The notes below the pieces were generated by a model that searched no databases, was not told where the DNA came from, and saw nothing but the letters and a program-made list of their open reading frames with translations. Positions 1 through 11,195 of a stretch of 64,000 bases of DNA are shown in pieces. The DNA is from Camelus dromedarius (taxonomy: Eukaryota), in contig NC_087445.1 in assembly GCF_036321535.1 (NCBI RefSeq), positions 14,012,001-14,076,000 of the forward strand, written 5' to 3'. Made by a program: the position numbers and the translations under genes. Each line of letters opens with the position of its first letter. The stretch's first letter is position 1.

Positions 1-95
1 CATCTGGATGTTAAGTTTATCTCGGCCACTAACTACCTGAATGAGCTTATGTGATGGTTATGGGACCTCAGTTCTCTCATCTATAAAAGGAGGTT
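1..95 (+). mobile_element. MIR SINE fragment
   Basis: cctcagttctctcatctataaaagg resembles the MIR core (cctcagtttcctcatctgtaaaatggg). Confidence 0.55.
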
Positions 96-308
96 TTCTG
101 TCTTCTTTTTCCCCAACAGCCTCTGATTCTAGCTTTCTAGAATTCAGTTTTCTAGGTTGGGAGCCTGACAAGATCATCAGGTTTAATGGTTGCTTTCCTA
201 GGTTCTGAGATTCCTGACTGACCTGTGGTTCCTTTCAAGACTCAGATTTTGCCAGAACTTATTCAAAATGTATTCTTGTGTTATCACAGACTCACAGAAG
301 AAATGAGC

Positions 309-313
<5 letters not shown>

Positions 314-358
<45 letters not shown>
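314..358. repeat. (AC)n microsatellite, about 22 units
   Basis: Uninterrupted acacac run; it explains the HTHTHT stretch in ORF 225..416. Confidence 0.97.
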
Positions 359-360
<2 letters not shown>

Positions 361-1774
361 TTCTTTATTGCCAAAGCTATAATGTTTTAACCAAGATTTT
401 CTTGAATTCAGGATAATAAATATTCAAGAACCAAGGGCAAATTATTTTCAAGTCAATTTCAAAGCCCTCACCATAAATAGGTAATATTAAGTTCTATATA
501 AGATGGCATATTCTTCAGAGCATCTTTGCCTTAGGTCACTAAATAGAAGGTTCTTTTGCCATTAAGTTCCCAGACTCATGGCAAGGGTTATTTCTATCTT
601 GAAACATATTGATCACACGTTTGTACTTTGTCCTCTACCAGGTGTATACTCCATATATTTGGTAAGAACATTGCATGATACAACTTAGTTAAATCTTCCA
701 AAAAATTAGCAGAAGAATAAGTAATTCTCATTAAATAAGCATGCAGTTAATTTTTATGGTACTATTAAAAACACATACACACACACCTGTGTATGTGCAC
801 TACAATTAGAACTTACCCCTATTTTGATTTTCTGTGAAGATGACGTTACTAAGCCTTCCAAAAATCACAATGAACCATCTTCTCATCATGCCCACTGTCA
901 AGCTCTCTGATTCCGTGCACCCACATTTTTCCTACTTGCCACCCCCAAAATGGGATAGCTTATTGAATGCTCTTAAACCATTAGATGTACTGCCTTATCG
1001 TTATTAAACTAACATTATGCTTCTAATTTAATTTTGCTGCAGAAACATCATTAAGGTTTCTAAAAATCTAGAGACAACTTGATACTTTGCATTTCATGTG
1101 TTAATGATGTCCAGGTAAGTTCAAATCAATCTAAGTAAAATCTCTCCATTCAGAGAAGTAAGACCTGCGGTTTTTTGCTGTCAGCCCTCCACACTCAGTC
1201 CACACTCCTGCTTTCTCTCACTCTCTCACGCTTCATGTCTGTATTCTTGCAATTCCCACTTCTCGTTTTCGTTACACTCTTCGGCCTGCTCTTAGTGGCT
1301 TACATATCATCAAATGTGATGACTTCTCCAAAAATTATTTATCCCTCTCCCCTATAAGCCCCTAAAAAAATCCCTGAATATCTTGATTGCAGCTTTCTTT
1401 CCTATTTTTAATAATGGAAGGTAACTACACTTCACTGAGCAAATAACATGGAAGCCCTTTACATGTTATCTTACTAAATTACGTTGATTGCACTACAACG
1501 ACCTTTTTCCAATCTCCTCCGTTTCTAGTAGATTTTAAGCTCCTTGAGGAAAGGGACAAATATTTGTTGAATGAATAAAGGAATAATAAGAACAGTTACT
1601 CTGAACTAGCCACATGTGCTCTCATTATTCCCTTCCTAAAATATGATTAGAAGTTAATGAGACAGCTGGTCAGAGTTAAAAGCTCCCTAGAGCTATATTC
1701 TCCTTGCAATACCTGTAAGCTCACATAAGGAGAAATTCATGCTCTCAGCCTCTTTGCCCATTTTTTTTCCATAG

Positions 1775-1995
1775 CGTACAGTAGAGAGCACAGGCTTATG
1801 TCTCAGACCTGGGATGGCTTTGACGCTGACGCACGTATGTGGACCTCAGTACATCATTGCACCTTGCTGTGACTCAGTTTCCTAGTCTACAAAAAATGAG
1901 TGAAATTGTTACCTCACAGGGTTGATGTTTTAAGTGGGAAAATCCAATAAAGTGTTTAGAATGCTGCTTGACACTTAATAAGTATTTCAGGGACT
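1775..1995 (+). mobile_element. MIR SINE, near full length and degenerate
   Basis: gagagcacaggct...ctcagtttcctagtctacaaaaaatg...aaagtgtttagaatgctgcttgacac follows the MIR 5'-core-3' order. Confidence 0.7.
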
Positions 1996-2280
1996 ATTAG
2001 TTTTCATCCTTTGAGACTCTTACTGCCAGAAACTAATAGCTCCAGGTTGCATTCTCTACTATTTATTCTTTTTTTTTTTATTATTCCTAACAAACCTAGC
2101 AGGAAAAGAAACTTGGGCAGCGCTGAGAAGCCTCTGGCCCCAAAAGTTATACTCCTAAGTGAGAGTTGGATGCTCCTTTCTCTTCCCTCTCTCCTTGCTG
2201 GGTTTGATGTGACTTGCAGACCTTTCTCAGCAAGATGAGGGTGCCATGAAGGGCATCTAAAAGATCAATTTCCTGCATAT

Positions 2281-2445
2281 CACAGGGAACTATCTTCAGT
2301 ATCTTGTAGTGACCCTTAACGATAAGGAATATGAAAACAAGTACATGTATGTATATATATGCATGACTAGGACCTTATGCTGTATACCAGAAATTCACAG
2401 ACTATAACTGACTATACTTCAACTAAAAAAAGTTAATAAAATAAA
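2281..2445 (+). mobile_element. L1 3' UTR end (cetartiodactyl-type), 5'-truncated
   Basis: cacagggaactatcttcagtatcttgtag...tatgctgtataccagaaatt...actgactatacttcaactaaaaaaa followed by an A-rich tail. Confidence 0.85.
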
Positions 2446-3574
2446 GATCAGTGGCCAGAGTGAGAAGGGAATTTTCCACTGTCCTCTCCTTACACGGAAG
2501 TGTACCAGAGCATTAAATCTTTGCATCAAGTGTGACATGCTGTTTAAAAGTTCCAGCACACTTGGCTGCCTGAAGACTCTTCAAAAGTAATTTTATCTGA
2601 GCAGAGAGAGTTGGCTTATACCCCTTTCCTCCAGTCTTTTCATGAGGGAAACAACCTAATTACAACTTTAAAGGGACCTCAGAGTCTGTGTTCCCTTTCA
2701 AAGATGGCTTTTGGTATTGAGTCACGGGGCGTTGTAGCTGTGAGAGGGCTTTCAGAACCGAGTGCAAAGGGAAGGCTCATTCAGGGAGAGCTTTAAGGCC
2801 TCTATCTGCACCTAATTTGAATGAGGTTCTGCCAGTGCCACTGGCTTTTTGCTTGCATTTGTGTCTGAGCATCAATGGACTTGCACTGCTGTTAGTCTCA
2901 TATCTGTGTTCCTTTCAGACCCACTTTTATAGACTGCACTTGAGGCCCTTCAATTCTGTGTCCTGAAACACGAAGTGGGTCTTGGAAATGGATTCATTTT
3001 TCTTAGAAGGGGTAAGTGTAGGGGAGGTTTCAGCAGCTCTGAATTTTAGGCTTTGATGATCACCTACTTTCAAAACTGGTCAAGCGTATGGGATGTTTGA
3101 CATCTTAAAAAAAGAAAAGAAAAGAAAAAAACCCTCATTGTGCCCTCCAGAAAAGAATAAATGAGGTGGAACAAACCCACCAACTGAAGTTTACGTCTGC
3201 CATTGTCTTGGTGAATTAGCACTGGTCCTTTGTTCTCCAGGTGGCTAAAAAAAGGTTTAGCCTTTCAAATTACTATTAAGAACAGCCTATCCTATAACTG
3301 TTAAGGGTTAATTGGCAACTATTGTAAGTAAAGCAAAAGGAATTACCAAAACAAAAAGATAAGATGGGGTAGTTCAGAAATATGCAAAGTAGAGATTCAT
3401 AGATTTTTAGATGCAGAAGAAGTTAATTGTTAACCTAACCCCATGATTTACAGATTAAAAATAATTGAGATACAAAGTTAAGTGACCTTGCCAAAGTCAT
3501 GTTATATTCCAAAATATGACATTTGAATTGGTCATACTGAAGAAAAACAATTAAAATAAAGGTTTTAAAAAATT

Positions 3575-3830
3575 ATTTTAGAAATATTTGTGTACCTTTT
3601 ATACACTAAGAACTGTGACAGGCACTGGGATGTGTTAGGGAACGAAACCAATAGAATTCTGGCCCTCATCTTGGGTGGAAGATACCAAACAATTATACAA
3701 ATAAGTAGACATAGCTGTGATAAATGCTATATGATAGGTGCTTGGTGCTACCAGAACAAAAACAGGAGTCCAGTGAGATCTGAAAACCACACAGAAGTAG
3801 AATTAACCAGGAAGAAGAATTAAGGAATGG
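3575..3830 (-). mobile_element. L2 LINE 3' fragment
   Basis: tgtgacaggcactgggatg...ggccctcatc...gtgataaatgctat is typical antisense L2 3' sequence. Confidence 0.6.
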
Positions 3831-3999
3831 AGGAGAGGTACATGGAACACTCTAGATAAAGAGACACCAAGAAAAAATTGCAAGAAAACCTAAAATCTTT
3901 TGCTTGTCTAGAAAGTAGTTGGACAAGCATGAGAGATCAGACTAAGAACAAGGAAGGGGGAATGTAAATAAATAAAATGGCACTCATTTTTCTGTGGAC

Positions 4000-4140
4000 A
4001 AGGCACTTTCAGTTGTACTGTTATTTATTTCTGCCAACCACTCTGTGATGTAACTATTCTCTCCCCAGTGTACAGATAAGGGAACTAAGATCTGTACAGG
4101 TTAGTAACTGGGGAAGGCTTCACAGCTAGTGAACAGGACT
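4000..4140 (-). mobile_element. MIR SINE fragment
   Basis: ccccagtgtacagataagggaactaagatc...gttagtaact...cacagctagtga resembles the antisense MIR core. Confidence 0.65.
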
Positions 4141-4179
4141 CTTGGGCTGCCGAAGTTCAGAATAGCTTGTGGTTCTTCC

Positions 4180-4217
4180 GGGGATGGTGGGGATGGTGGG
4201 GATGGTGGGGAAGGGGG
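4180..4217 (+). repeat. (GGGGATGGT)3 tandem repeat forming five G4-5 tracts
   Basis: GGGG-atggt-GGGG-atggt-GGGG-atggt-GGGG-aa-GGGGG read directly from the sequence. Confidence 0.85.
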
Positions 4218-4587
4218 AGGAGAGTCAGCAAGCTGGGAAGAGATGCTGAAGGAAGAAGCAAGTACAACGAGCAGTGAATTGGGAATGTGCACATGAATCA
4301 GGAATATGTACATCCCTCTATGGCCATGTAGCCTCTGCAGTGAATTTCTAGATCAGGAGTGAGGTAAAATAAGGAGTTGTCCGCCTGCTCAGGCTTCTTT
4401 ATTCTCTCAGTATTCCCTTGAAGAAGGGTGGGGTGCATCGGGCCAGGAGAGAAGATGCTTAAAATTTTTGAAATTGAGAATAAAAGAGCAATTGCCAGGT
4501 CTGAATAGTTCCTGGTTTTGTGTCCAACTTGGAAAAAAACAAGACATTTTCTAAAGGTTCTTTTTGAAATTATGTGAGCTTTCCTCT

Positions 4588-5319
4588 TGTTTCAGCCTGC
4601 TTAAGTTGCCATAACAAAATATCACTAGCTGAATCTTAAAAAGCCCACCTCATAGAAAGAGACTAGGATGGTGGTTTCCAGGGGCTAGGGAGTGGGGGAG
4701 ATGGGGAGATGTTGGTTAAAGGGTACAAACCTCCAGTTAAAAGATGAGTAAGTCCTGGGATCTAATGTGCAGCATAGTCATTATGGTGAACAATATAGTA
4801 TTATATACTTTAAAGTTGCTAAGAGTAGATCTTCAGTGTTCTCACTGAAAAAAAAAAGCATGGTAATTATATGATATGATGGAAGTGGCTGCTCAGGCTA
4901 TGGTAGTAATCACTCTGATATATAAATGTATCAAATTGACATGTTATACACCTTAAAGTTACACAATGTTATATGTCAACTGTCTTTCAATAAAGCTGGG
5001 AAAAAATACCGTAGGCTGGGTGGCTTAAGCAAAATGTATTTTCCCACAGTTCTGGCAGCTAGAAGTCCGAGATCCCGCGTCCAGCCTCACAGAACCTTTC
5101 CTCAGTTTGTGCAGGGGGTGGTTGGAGGGGTAGGGAGACAAATCTTTTTTCCTCTTTTTAGAAGGCCACCAGTTCTGTCAGATTAGGGCCTCATCTTTGT
5201 GACCTCATTTGACCTTAATTACCTTCTAAAGGCTTTTCTCTAAGAACAATCACATGAGGGGATTAGGCATATGAATTTGGGGGGGGGGGGGGGGAGACAC
5301 AAGTCAGCAGCCCATAGCA
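4588..5319 (-). mobile_element. MLT1 (MaLR) solo LTR, interrupted by an L1
   Basis: Starts tgtttcagcc...ttgccataacaaaat, resumes ggctgggtggcttaagc...cacagttctggcagctagaagtcc and ends gacacaagtcagcagcccatagca. Flanks CCTCT/CCTTT form a 5-bp TSD with one mismatch. Confidence 0.85.
4631..5002 (+). mobile_element. Older L1 (L1MA-like) 3' end nested in the MLT1
   Basis: gaatcttaaaaag...ctcatagaa...ggtggtttccaggggctaggg...gggtacaaac...gatctaatgtgcagcatag...ttatatgtcaactgtctttcaataaagctgggaaaa. Confidence 0.85.
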
Positions 5320-5329
5320 CCTTTCTATG

Positions 5330-5570
5330 GGCTACATTTGTCTTCATTTAATCACCCTATTGAATTCTCTCGGTAGCAGTTATCACTACTTGGTATTTTT
5401 CTTGTTCGTTTATTTGTCTCTTTGTTTCTCATTATTATTACTTATCTCCCCAGGCTAATATACAAGAGTACTATTGGAGCACCATTTTCTCTTGTACATC
5501 TTGATACTCTCAGGGCCTAGAACAGTGCCTGGCACAAACAGGACATCAGAGACTATTTGCCAAAAGAGAA
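5330..5570 (+). mobile_element. L2 3' end
   Basis: cagggcctagaacagtgcctggcaca is the L2 terminal motif. Confidence 0.7.
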
Positions 5571-6084
5571 AAAGCTTATATTCTGAGAGCTTTGCTGAAA
5601 AGCACATTTGCGAACACTTCCTAATAATGTGAGTCCTCATCAGTACAAGAAAAACCACCCCCTGGTGTTTCAGAAGAGTTCTTGAGAGGGAAAACAGAAG
5701 TGGAGGATTTTTGTCTTCAGCTGTTCATGCATATTCTTACCTTTTCTCTAGATAGCCATTACCGCATACCCAGAGAATAAAGTGTGCCAATCTGACTTCC
5801 TAACTCTAATTGCAATCAGGTTGGAATGATGAGTGATTCTGGGTCCCCATGCTTCAGAGGATGTGCATACGGCAGGTTGATCATTGCCTAAAAGGAGATG
5901 TTTTCAATTATATAGTGAGCCCAGCACTTAAAATCTCTTATTAGCACATTCAGTTTTTATTGGGTGGGGTGGAATTCTACATTTTCTTTTTACCAAACTC
6001 TATTTTATCTTTTAATTATGAAGAACATACTTCTAGAAAAAAATAGAGCAACTTTTCTTTAATTTCTTTTGAGTGAGAAGTATT

Positions 6085-6430
6085 GATCAGACTGGCATTA
6101 CCAAAAAAGGAAAAATATCAAGGTTAGCAGGGATGAAACAGAGCTAAATTATGGCAAATTCAGGAAGAAATGTACAAGTCCTGTGGAAGGAGGTAGACAG
6201 AAAACAGACAGACGTGCAGAATGACTGACGTTATTTTCAGCACAAGAATGGAGAGACTAGAGTGTTGCAAGTTGTAAGAGTGATATGATAACTGAAAAAA
6301 AAAAAGTATAAGTGAAACGTTCACTAGAAGTAGTGCCTTGAGTGGGCTCTACATTGGGAGAAGGTCTAGGGGAGAGATTTGGATGAGGTTTATGCCTCAA
6401 ACCAAAAATGAGGACATAAGAGGGAGATTT
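6085..6430 (+). mobile_element. Probable L3/CR1 fragment
   Basis: atggcaaattcaggaagaaatgtacaagtcctg resembles the L3/CR1 RT 3' region; highly degenerate. Confidence 0.4.
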
Positions 6431-6499
6431 GAATTGTAGATAATGGAGTTAATTTTAATCTCTCTGCTAGAGGGTGGCTCTGATGAGTGCAGACCCAGC

Positions 6500-6784
6500 T
6501 GCTGATCTGTTTGGCATCGTTTATTCTTGGGATTGTTGACTGTTGGCCATGGGGTCATGGGAGCAGCTGACCATGTATTTCTGATCATTTGGGAAGCTAA
6601 TCTGGGCTTGTTGACATGGTGGCTCAGGGTTATAAGAGATTGAATAGATGCAGGGAAGGCTTCTTGGGACCCAGGTTGGCCTAAACAAGACACAGGTCAA
6701 CCCACTCAAGAGAAGATACATAGACTCCACCTCTTGATGGGAGGAGCTGCAAAGAATCTTGACCATTTTTATGATCTGCCTCCA
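6500..6784 (-). mobile_element. Old MLT1 (J/K/L-like) LTR fragment
   Basis: tagactccacctcttgatgggaggagctgcaaag...gaccatttttatgatctgcctcca. Confidence 0.7.
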
Positions 6785-9035
6785 TCCATAGAAACAAAAC
6801 TGCAGGTGCATTTTTCTTTACTTTTTAACTTACTTAGGCTTTCCAACTGTCCATAAAATGTCAAGGACTCTTAGGTGTTATTTTTATAGGTCACATACCT
6901 TCACTTTCAAACACCTTATGTTAACAGAAACCTGTACCAAGAAACTTTCCTGAACTCATGACTAATATAAGTTTGGAAGAAAGCTAATGGCCCAGATATC
7001 AGCATGTTTTAAATTGAACCCAGTAGAAAACGGAGTAAGGCAAACCAAGGAGTATCTTAAATTCACTACAAGTCCTTTGGAGTTGACATTCCAGCTTGGC
7101 TTCTCAAGCAGCGGTTTTTGGAATAATCACCCAAAATCATGCTGCCTCTGTAGTTCTCCAGTCTCCAAAGCTTAGTTTTTTGGTAAATACCAGACAGCCA
7201 GCCTTCCATGGAAGTATGTCTTTTAGTTCTTCTTGTGTTCTATTTTTAAAGTATATTTTAAAGTAGCTACAAGCTATTAGAATAAAAGCTTGGAAAACAT
7301 GCTGGTGAACATTTTTTTCATGTATATGAGTGATAAGGAATCACATTTGTATTCCCCTTTAGAGTTTGAGTTGCCCAATTGATCATTGAGGCTGTGGGTT
7401 TTAAGTGCCTGTCAAATCCGAATTGAGCTTATTTTTAAGCTGCTCAATTAAAAAAATAACAACCCCTTTGCCTTCCCAGCTGCAGTCCCTCACACTCATC
7501 CTTGTTTTGAAACTAATTAAAAACATACCGCATATTTAAAATAAAATTACTGATCCGTTTGCCCTCTTCTCCCATCTGTAATATCTCACAACTGTTCTCT
7601 TGCTTAAGGCAAGTTTGAGTTTTAGAAAATAAAGATCTCTTAAATGAATTCATCTTTTACCTCATTCCCGGCAGCTGGGGATTCCCTTCGCTGGTTTGTG
7701 TTTTTCAATCAGAATTAATACTTGAATTTAAAATATTATTGTTATTTCTACCACAGCCTTCCACACTGCTGGTTTCCCACATGGCTGTTTTGATCTATCT
7801 TTCAAATATATATACTGTTTAAAATTGAAAGCTGCCTTTTCCCTTGGTCCCACCAAAAATATTTCATAGAAAAAAAAAAAAAAAAACCTTTCCCAGGGCT
7901 TCTCCTAAGCTGATTTTAATTGACTGTTCCAGCCCAGGGACAGACCAAAACAGTTGTGATTCCAGCATGGTCTCCATGGCCGCCCAGGAAAGCATTCCAA
8001 ACACTCAGTGGGAGGGACCAAGGTGAGTGGGAGGCAAAACTGAGGGTAAATTGGAAGGCAGAGGCTTGTATGTTTCACACCAGTCTACAGTGGCCTGTTT
8101 ACCAGGGTTTATATTCCTGGTGCATAATCCTAAATGTCAAAATACATTATCCCACGGAAAACAAGTCAGTTATCAAGGCTGATTGTTCTTGAATTCCTGA
8201 TGTTTCACAAACTCTTTCTCTTTCTCTTCCAAAACTAAATATATCGTTAGTTCAGTTCTGATGACAGGGCAACGTAAACTGCTCCGGGCGTTGTAGCAGT
8301 GTGTGCCGATAAGGTTCCATCACTGAGAGGTTCAGCAAATACAGGAATAACCGAGACAAACTGCTATTAAAATAATTTAACTCTCCCAGAGACAAATATT
8401 CCCATGTCAGTGGGCATTCTTGCAACCACTACCCAGGAGATTTAATTGAAAAGCTTAAAACACATAGAAGCAGTGGGGGGAAATCCCCAGGAATTTAGGA
8501 ATGATGAAAAAGTTTAATCTTTGTCAATGAAGAGTTGTTCTAATTTACTGTTCACACTGTGAAGTATTGGGTTGTGCGGCATTTACAATAGCAAGCAATT
8601 AGAAGCCTTTTTCTCCCCTTAGCAATAGCCTTGAAGTGACCTAGTTAAAATCATGTTTATAGTTTATTGTGAAGTGCGATCTTACTTTAATTTTGTAGAA
8701 TAACATTTGGTTTCTCTGTTAGTAGAAATACATAGCCTTTAGCAAATTCAGGACTGATTAATCAAAAGCTGAAAACTATGAAACAGTACTCAAGATTTGT
8801 ATGGAAGATGAATATCTCATCAGTGACATAGATGAATATCCCATCAATGGCAGAGTCAAGGACTATAACAATAGAGAGGATTAGTCTAGAGGTGGAAAGG
8901 GAAACAGTACTGGTGTTGGATTGAAGAGGGAGCTAGTGTATGTTTAAAAACCAGCATCATTCTACTGCTTTCCCTGTCTCATGGCTTTAGTTTTACGATG
9001 CCTCCACAGACTTATTATCCTTTCTTTAAAAAAGT

Positions 9036-9530
9036 TGTTACTGAACTCAAGTTCAGCTGCTCGTCACTCAAAAGCCAATAATTGAGAGGCAAGTGTCAGT
9101 GCAAAGGAAAGGTGCTTAATTCAGAAAAGCCATCAATCTGGGGAGACACTGGTCTCATGTCCAGAGACCATCTCCAAAGATGCTGCTCAGCCATGACAAT
9201 TTTTAAGCGAAAAAGGGGGGAACAATCTGTTAATTATTAAGGTAAGGGGTCAAATTCTTTCTTATTTTTCCATTGCTTGCAGCCCTGGTGTCTTCTTCTG
9301 ATCCTCCTTTGAATGTTATCCTGTCCACGTGGTTCACTTGCAAATTTGCTAAGGGGGAAGCTAAGGGTAGAGAGTCAGTCATTCTTTAACTACTTAATTC
9401 TTCATTCTTACTCCTTCTCGTCCAGGAAAGGTATCAACAGATTAGGCAAGGCATTGCGTACGTTCAGTAAAGCAAAAATCAGGGGGAGTCAGGTTAAATG
9501 TTGCCTAGTGACCTCCTCTTTATGATTAAG
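9036..9530. mobile_element. Probable ERV1-class LTR
   Basis: Begins tgttactgaactcaagttcagctgctcg...aaagccaat...gaggcaag...gaaaggtgcttaattcag, a pattern seen at cetartiodactyl ERV1 LTR ends. The right boundary and TSD are unresolved. Confidence 0.55.
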
Positions 9531-10239
9531 GTCTGAGGAGAATAGGAAAGAACAAACAGGCAAAACAGCTGCTTAGAAAATCGTGTGAACGTATTACTGC
9601 CACCATGGTTTGTTTTTAGCTGTGTAATTGGAGAAGGTATTCAAGGGGGACAGTTGCTCCTTTGGCTTCTTTTCACCTCCACCCCCAACTCCATGTCTTC
9701 ACTCATTCGTATATTGACTGATGCACTGATTCTAAGATGCTGTAAAAATGTTACTTTCTACTCTGGGAAGAGATAGCAGAGCCAAAAGCAGAACTTAGAG
9801 TGAATAAAATCATAAGCAATGGGCAATCCCAGTGGAGCCCCCAATCCTAGAAATTAGTTATTGGAATTTATGCAATGGGAGTTGAATCAACTCAGTGAAG
9901 ACAAAGTGAGAGTGGAGGATGAGAGGTGATGTTCCCTGAGTTGAAGAAGGTAATTGCAGCCTCAGTTTCCACAGGGGTCCACTTCCTTTGGTTCTATACT
10001 GGTAAGGAGCCGTTAATGGCCACAAGCAAGTTAGACAGCAGCATTGGCTGATGAGACTTGGCTTCTTCTGAACACTGAATATTCTGTTTGTTTTATTTTT
10101 GAGGCTCAATCATGACTACATTTTTCATCCTTACAAAATGGGCTGTTAATTCCTCATTCAGCATATGTTAATTTCTCTGCAATCCACACAACATCATTCA
10201 AATCTTTACATTAGCGTTAACTGTGTTGTACTCTGGCTT

Positions 10240-10380
10240 ATCTATTCACTGTTCCTTCTGCCTACCCCCAACTAAACTGGGAGTTAGCTATTTGAAAGCA
10301 GGGAGCTTTGCATTATCTTTGTACATGCAGTGTCTAGCCCATACTGAGAGCCCATAGTAAGAGTCGCTTGTTGCTCTTTA
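10240..10380 (+). mobile_element. L2 3' fragment
   Basis: gaaagcagggagctttgcattatctttgtacatgcagtgtctagccc...catagtaag. Confidence 0.55.
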
Positions 10381-10439
10381 CTGGGTGGTCCAGCTAATAT
10401 TACAGTGCAAAAGGCTCTCATTAAGACATCCTTTACTTA

Positions 10440-11195
10440 TTTTATTCATTTCCTCATGTAAAATAACTTTTGAACTCCTATTTTGTTTTAGGTACAGTGC
10501 TAGGTGTGAAACACAGAACAGTGAGTAACAGAGTCCTTGCCCCCCCTGCAGCTTACAATCTAATGGAAAAAATTTAAATAAGTTATTCCACAAATATATT
10601 TTGAATTTAATTGTGTTAAATGCTAAAAAAAAAAAAAAAGAAGAACATGGAGTTCTGAGAGCAGGCAATACAGTAGATTCGGGGGGGGGAAGAACATGTT
10701 CTTGTGGAAGTGTTAGGGCGATACTTTAAGACTGGGCAGCAGTTGGCCAAGAGAGGAAGTAGTAAAACAACATTCCACACAGAGGAGTCAGCATGAGGGA
10801 AGGGCCTGAGTTGAACGAGGGTAAGAGGAGCTAGAACACAGTGACTTTGGGGGAGAAGGTTTGCTAGGATCAGATTATTCCTGGCCTCCAATGCCACTGT
10901 TTCAACAGAAGTCAGTATCCCAAGAGCACAGCTAAGGTTTTAAGAGTGTTAAATATAATCGTAATTGCCTTTTTAAGATCATTCTGGCTTAATGTGGAAA
11001 GAGGAGCGAAAATAAGATGTAAGGTGACGGGAGGGTATTAGCATGGTCCAGGTGAGGTACAGTGATGGCTTGGGCCAAGGTGGTGGCAGTTAAGATGGAG
11101 AGAACGGACAGTATTAACATATGCCAGTGGGCTACATCAGCAAGACTCACTGATTATACGTAGGAATTAAGGGAGAAGACGACACCTAGGCTCCT
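10440..11195 (-). mobile_element. L2 LINE fragment
   Basis: cagtgctaggtg...gcttacaatctaatgg...tttaagatcattctggct...gtccaggtgag...gatggcttgggccaaggtggtggcag are antisense L2 hallmarks. Confidence 0.8.

Noticed and set aside
225-416. His-Thr repeat ORF
   Set aside because: It is the translation of an (AC)n microsatellite.
5741-5887. Minus-strand segment with acceptor catctccttttAG and donor AAG|GTAAGA
   Set aside because: Stops occur in all three frames and there is no other support.
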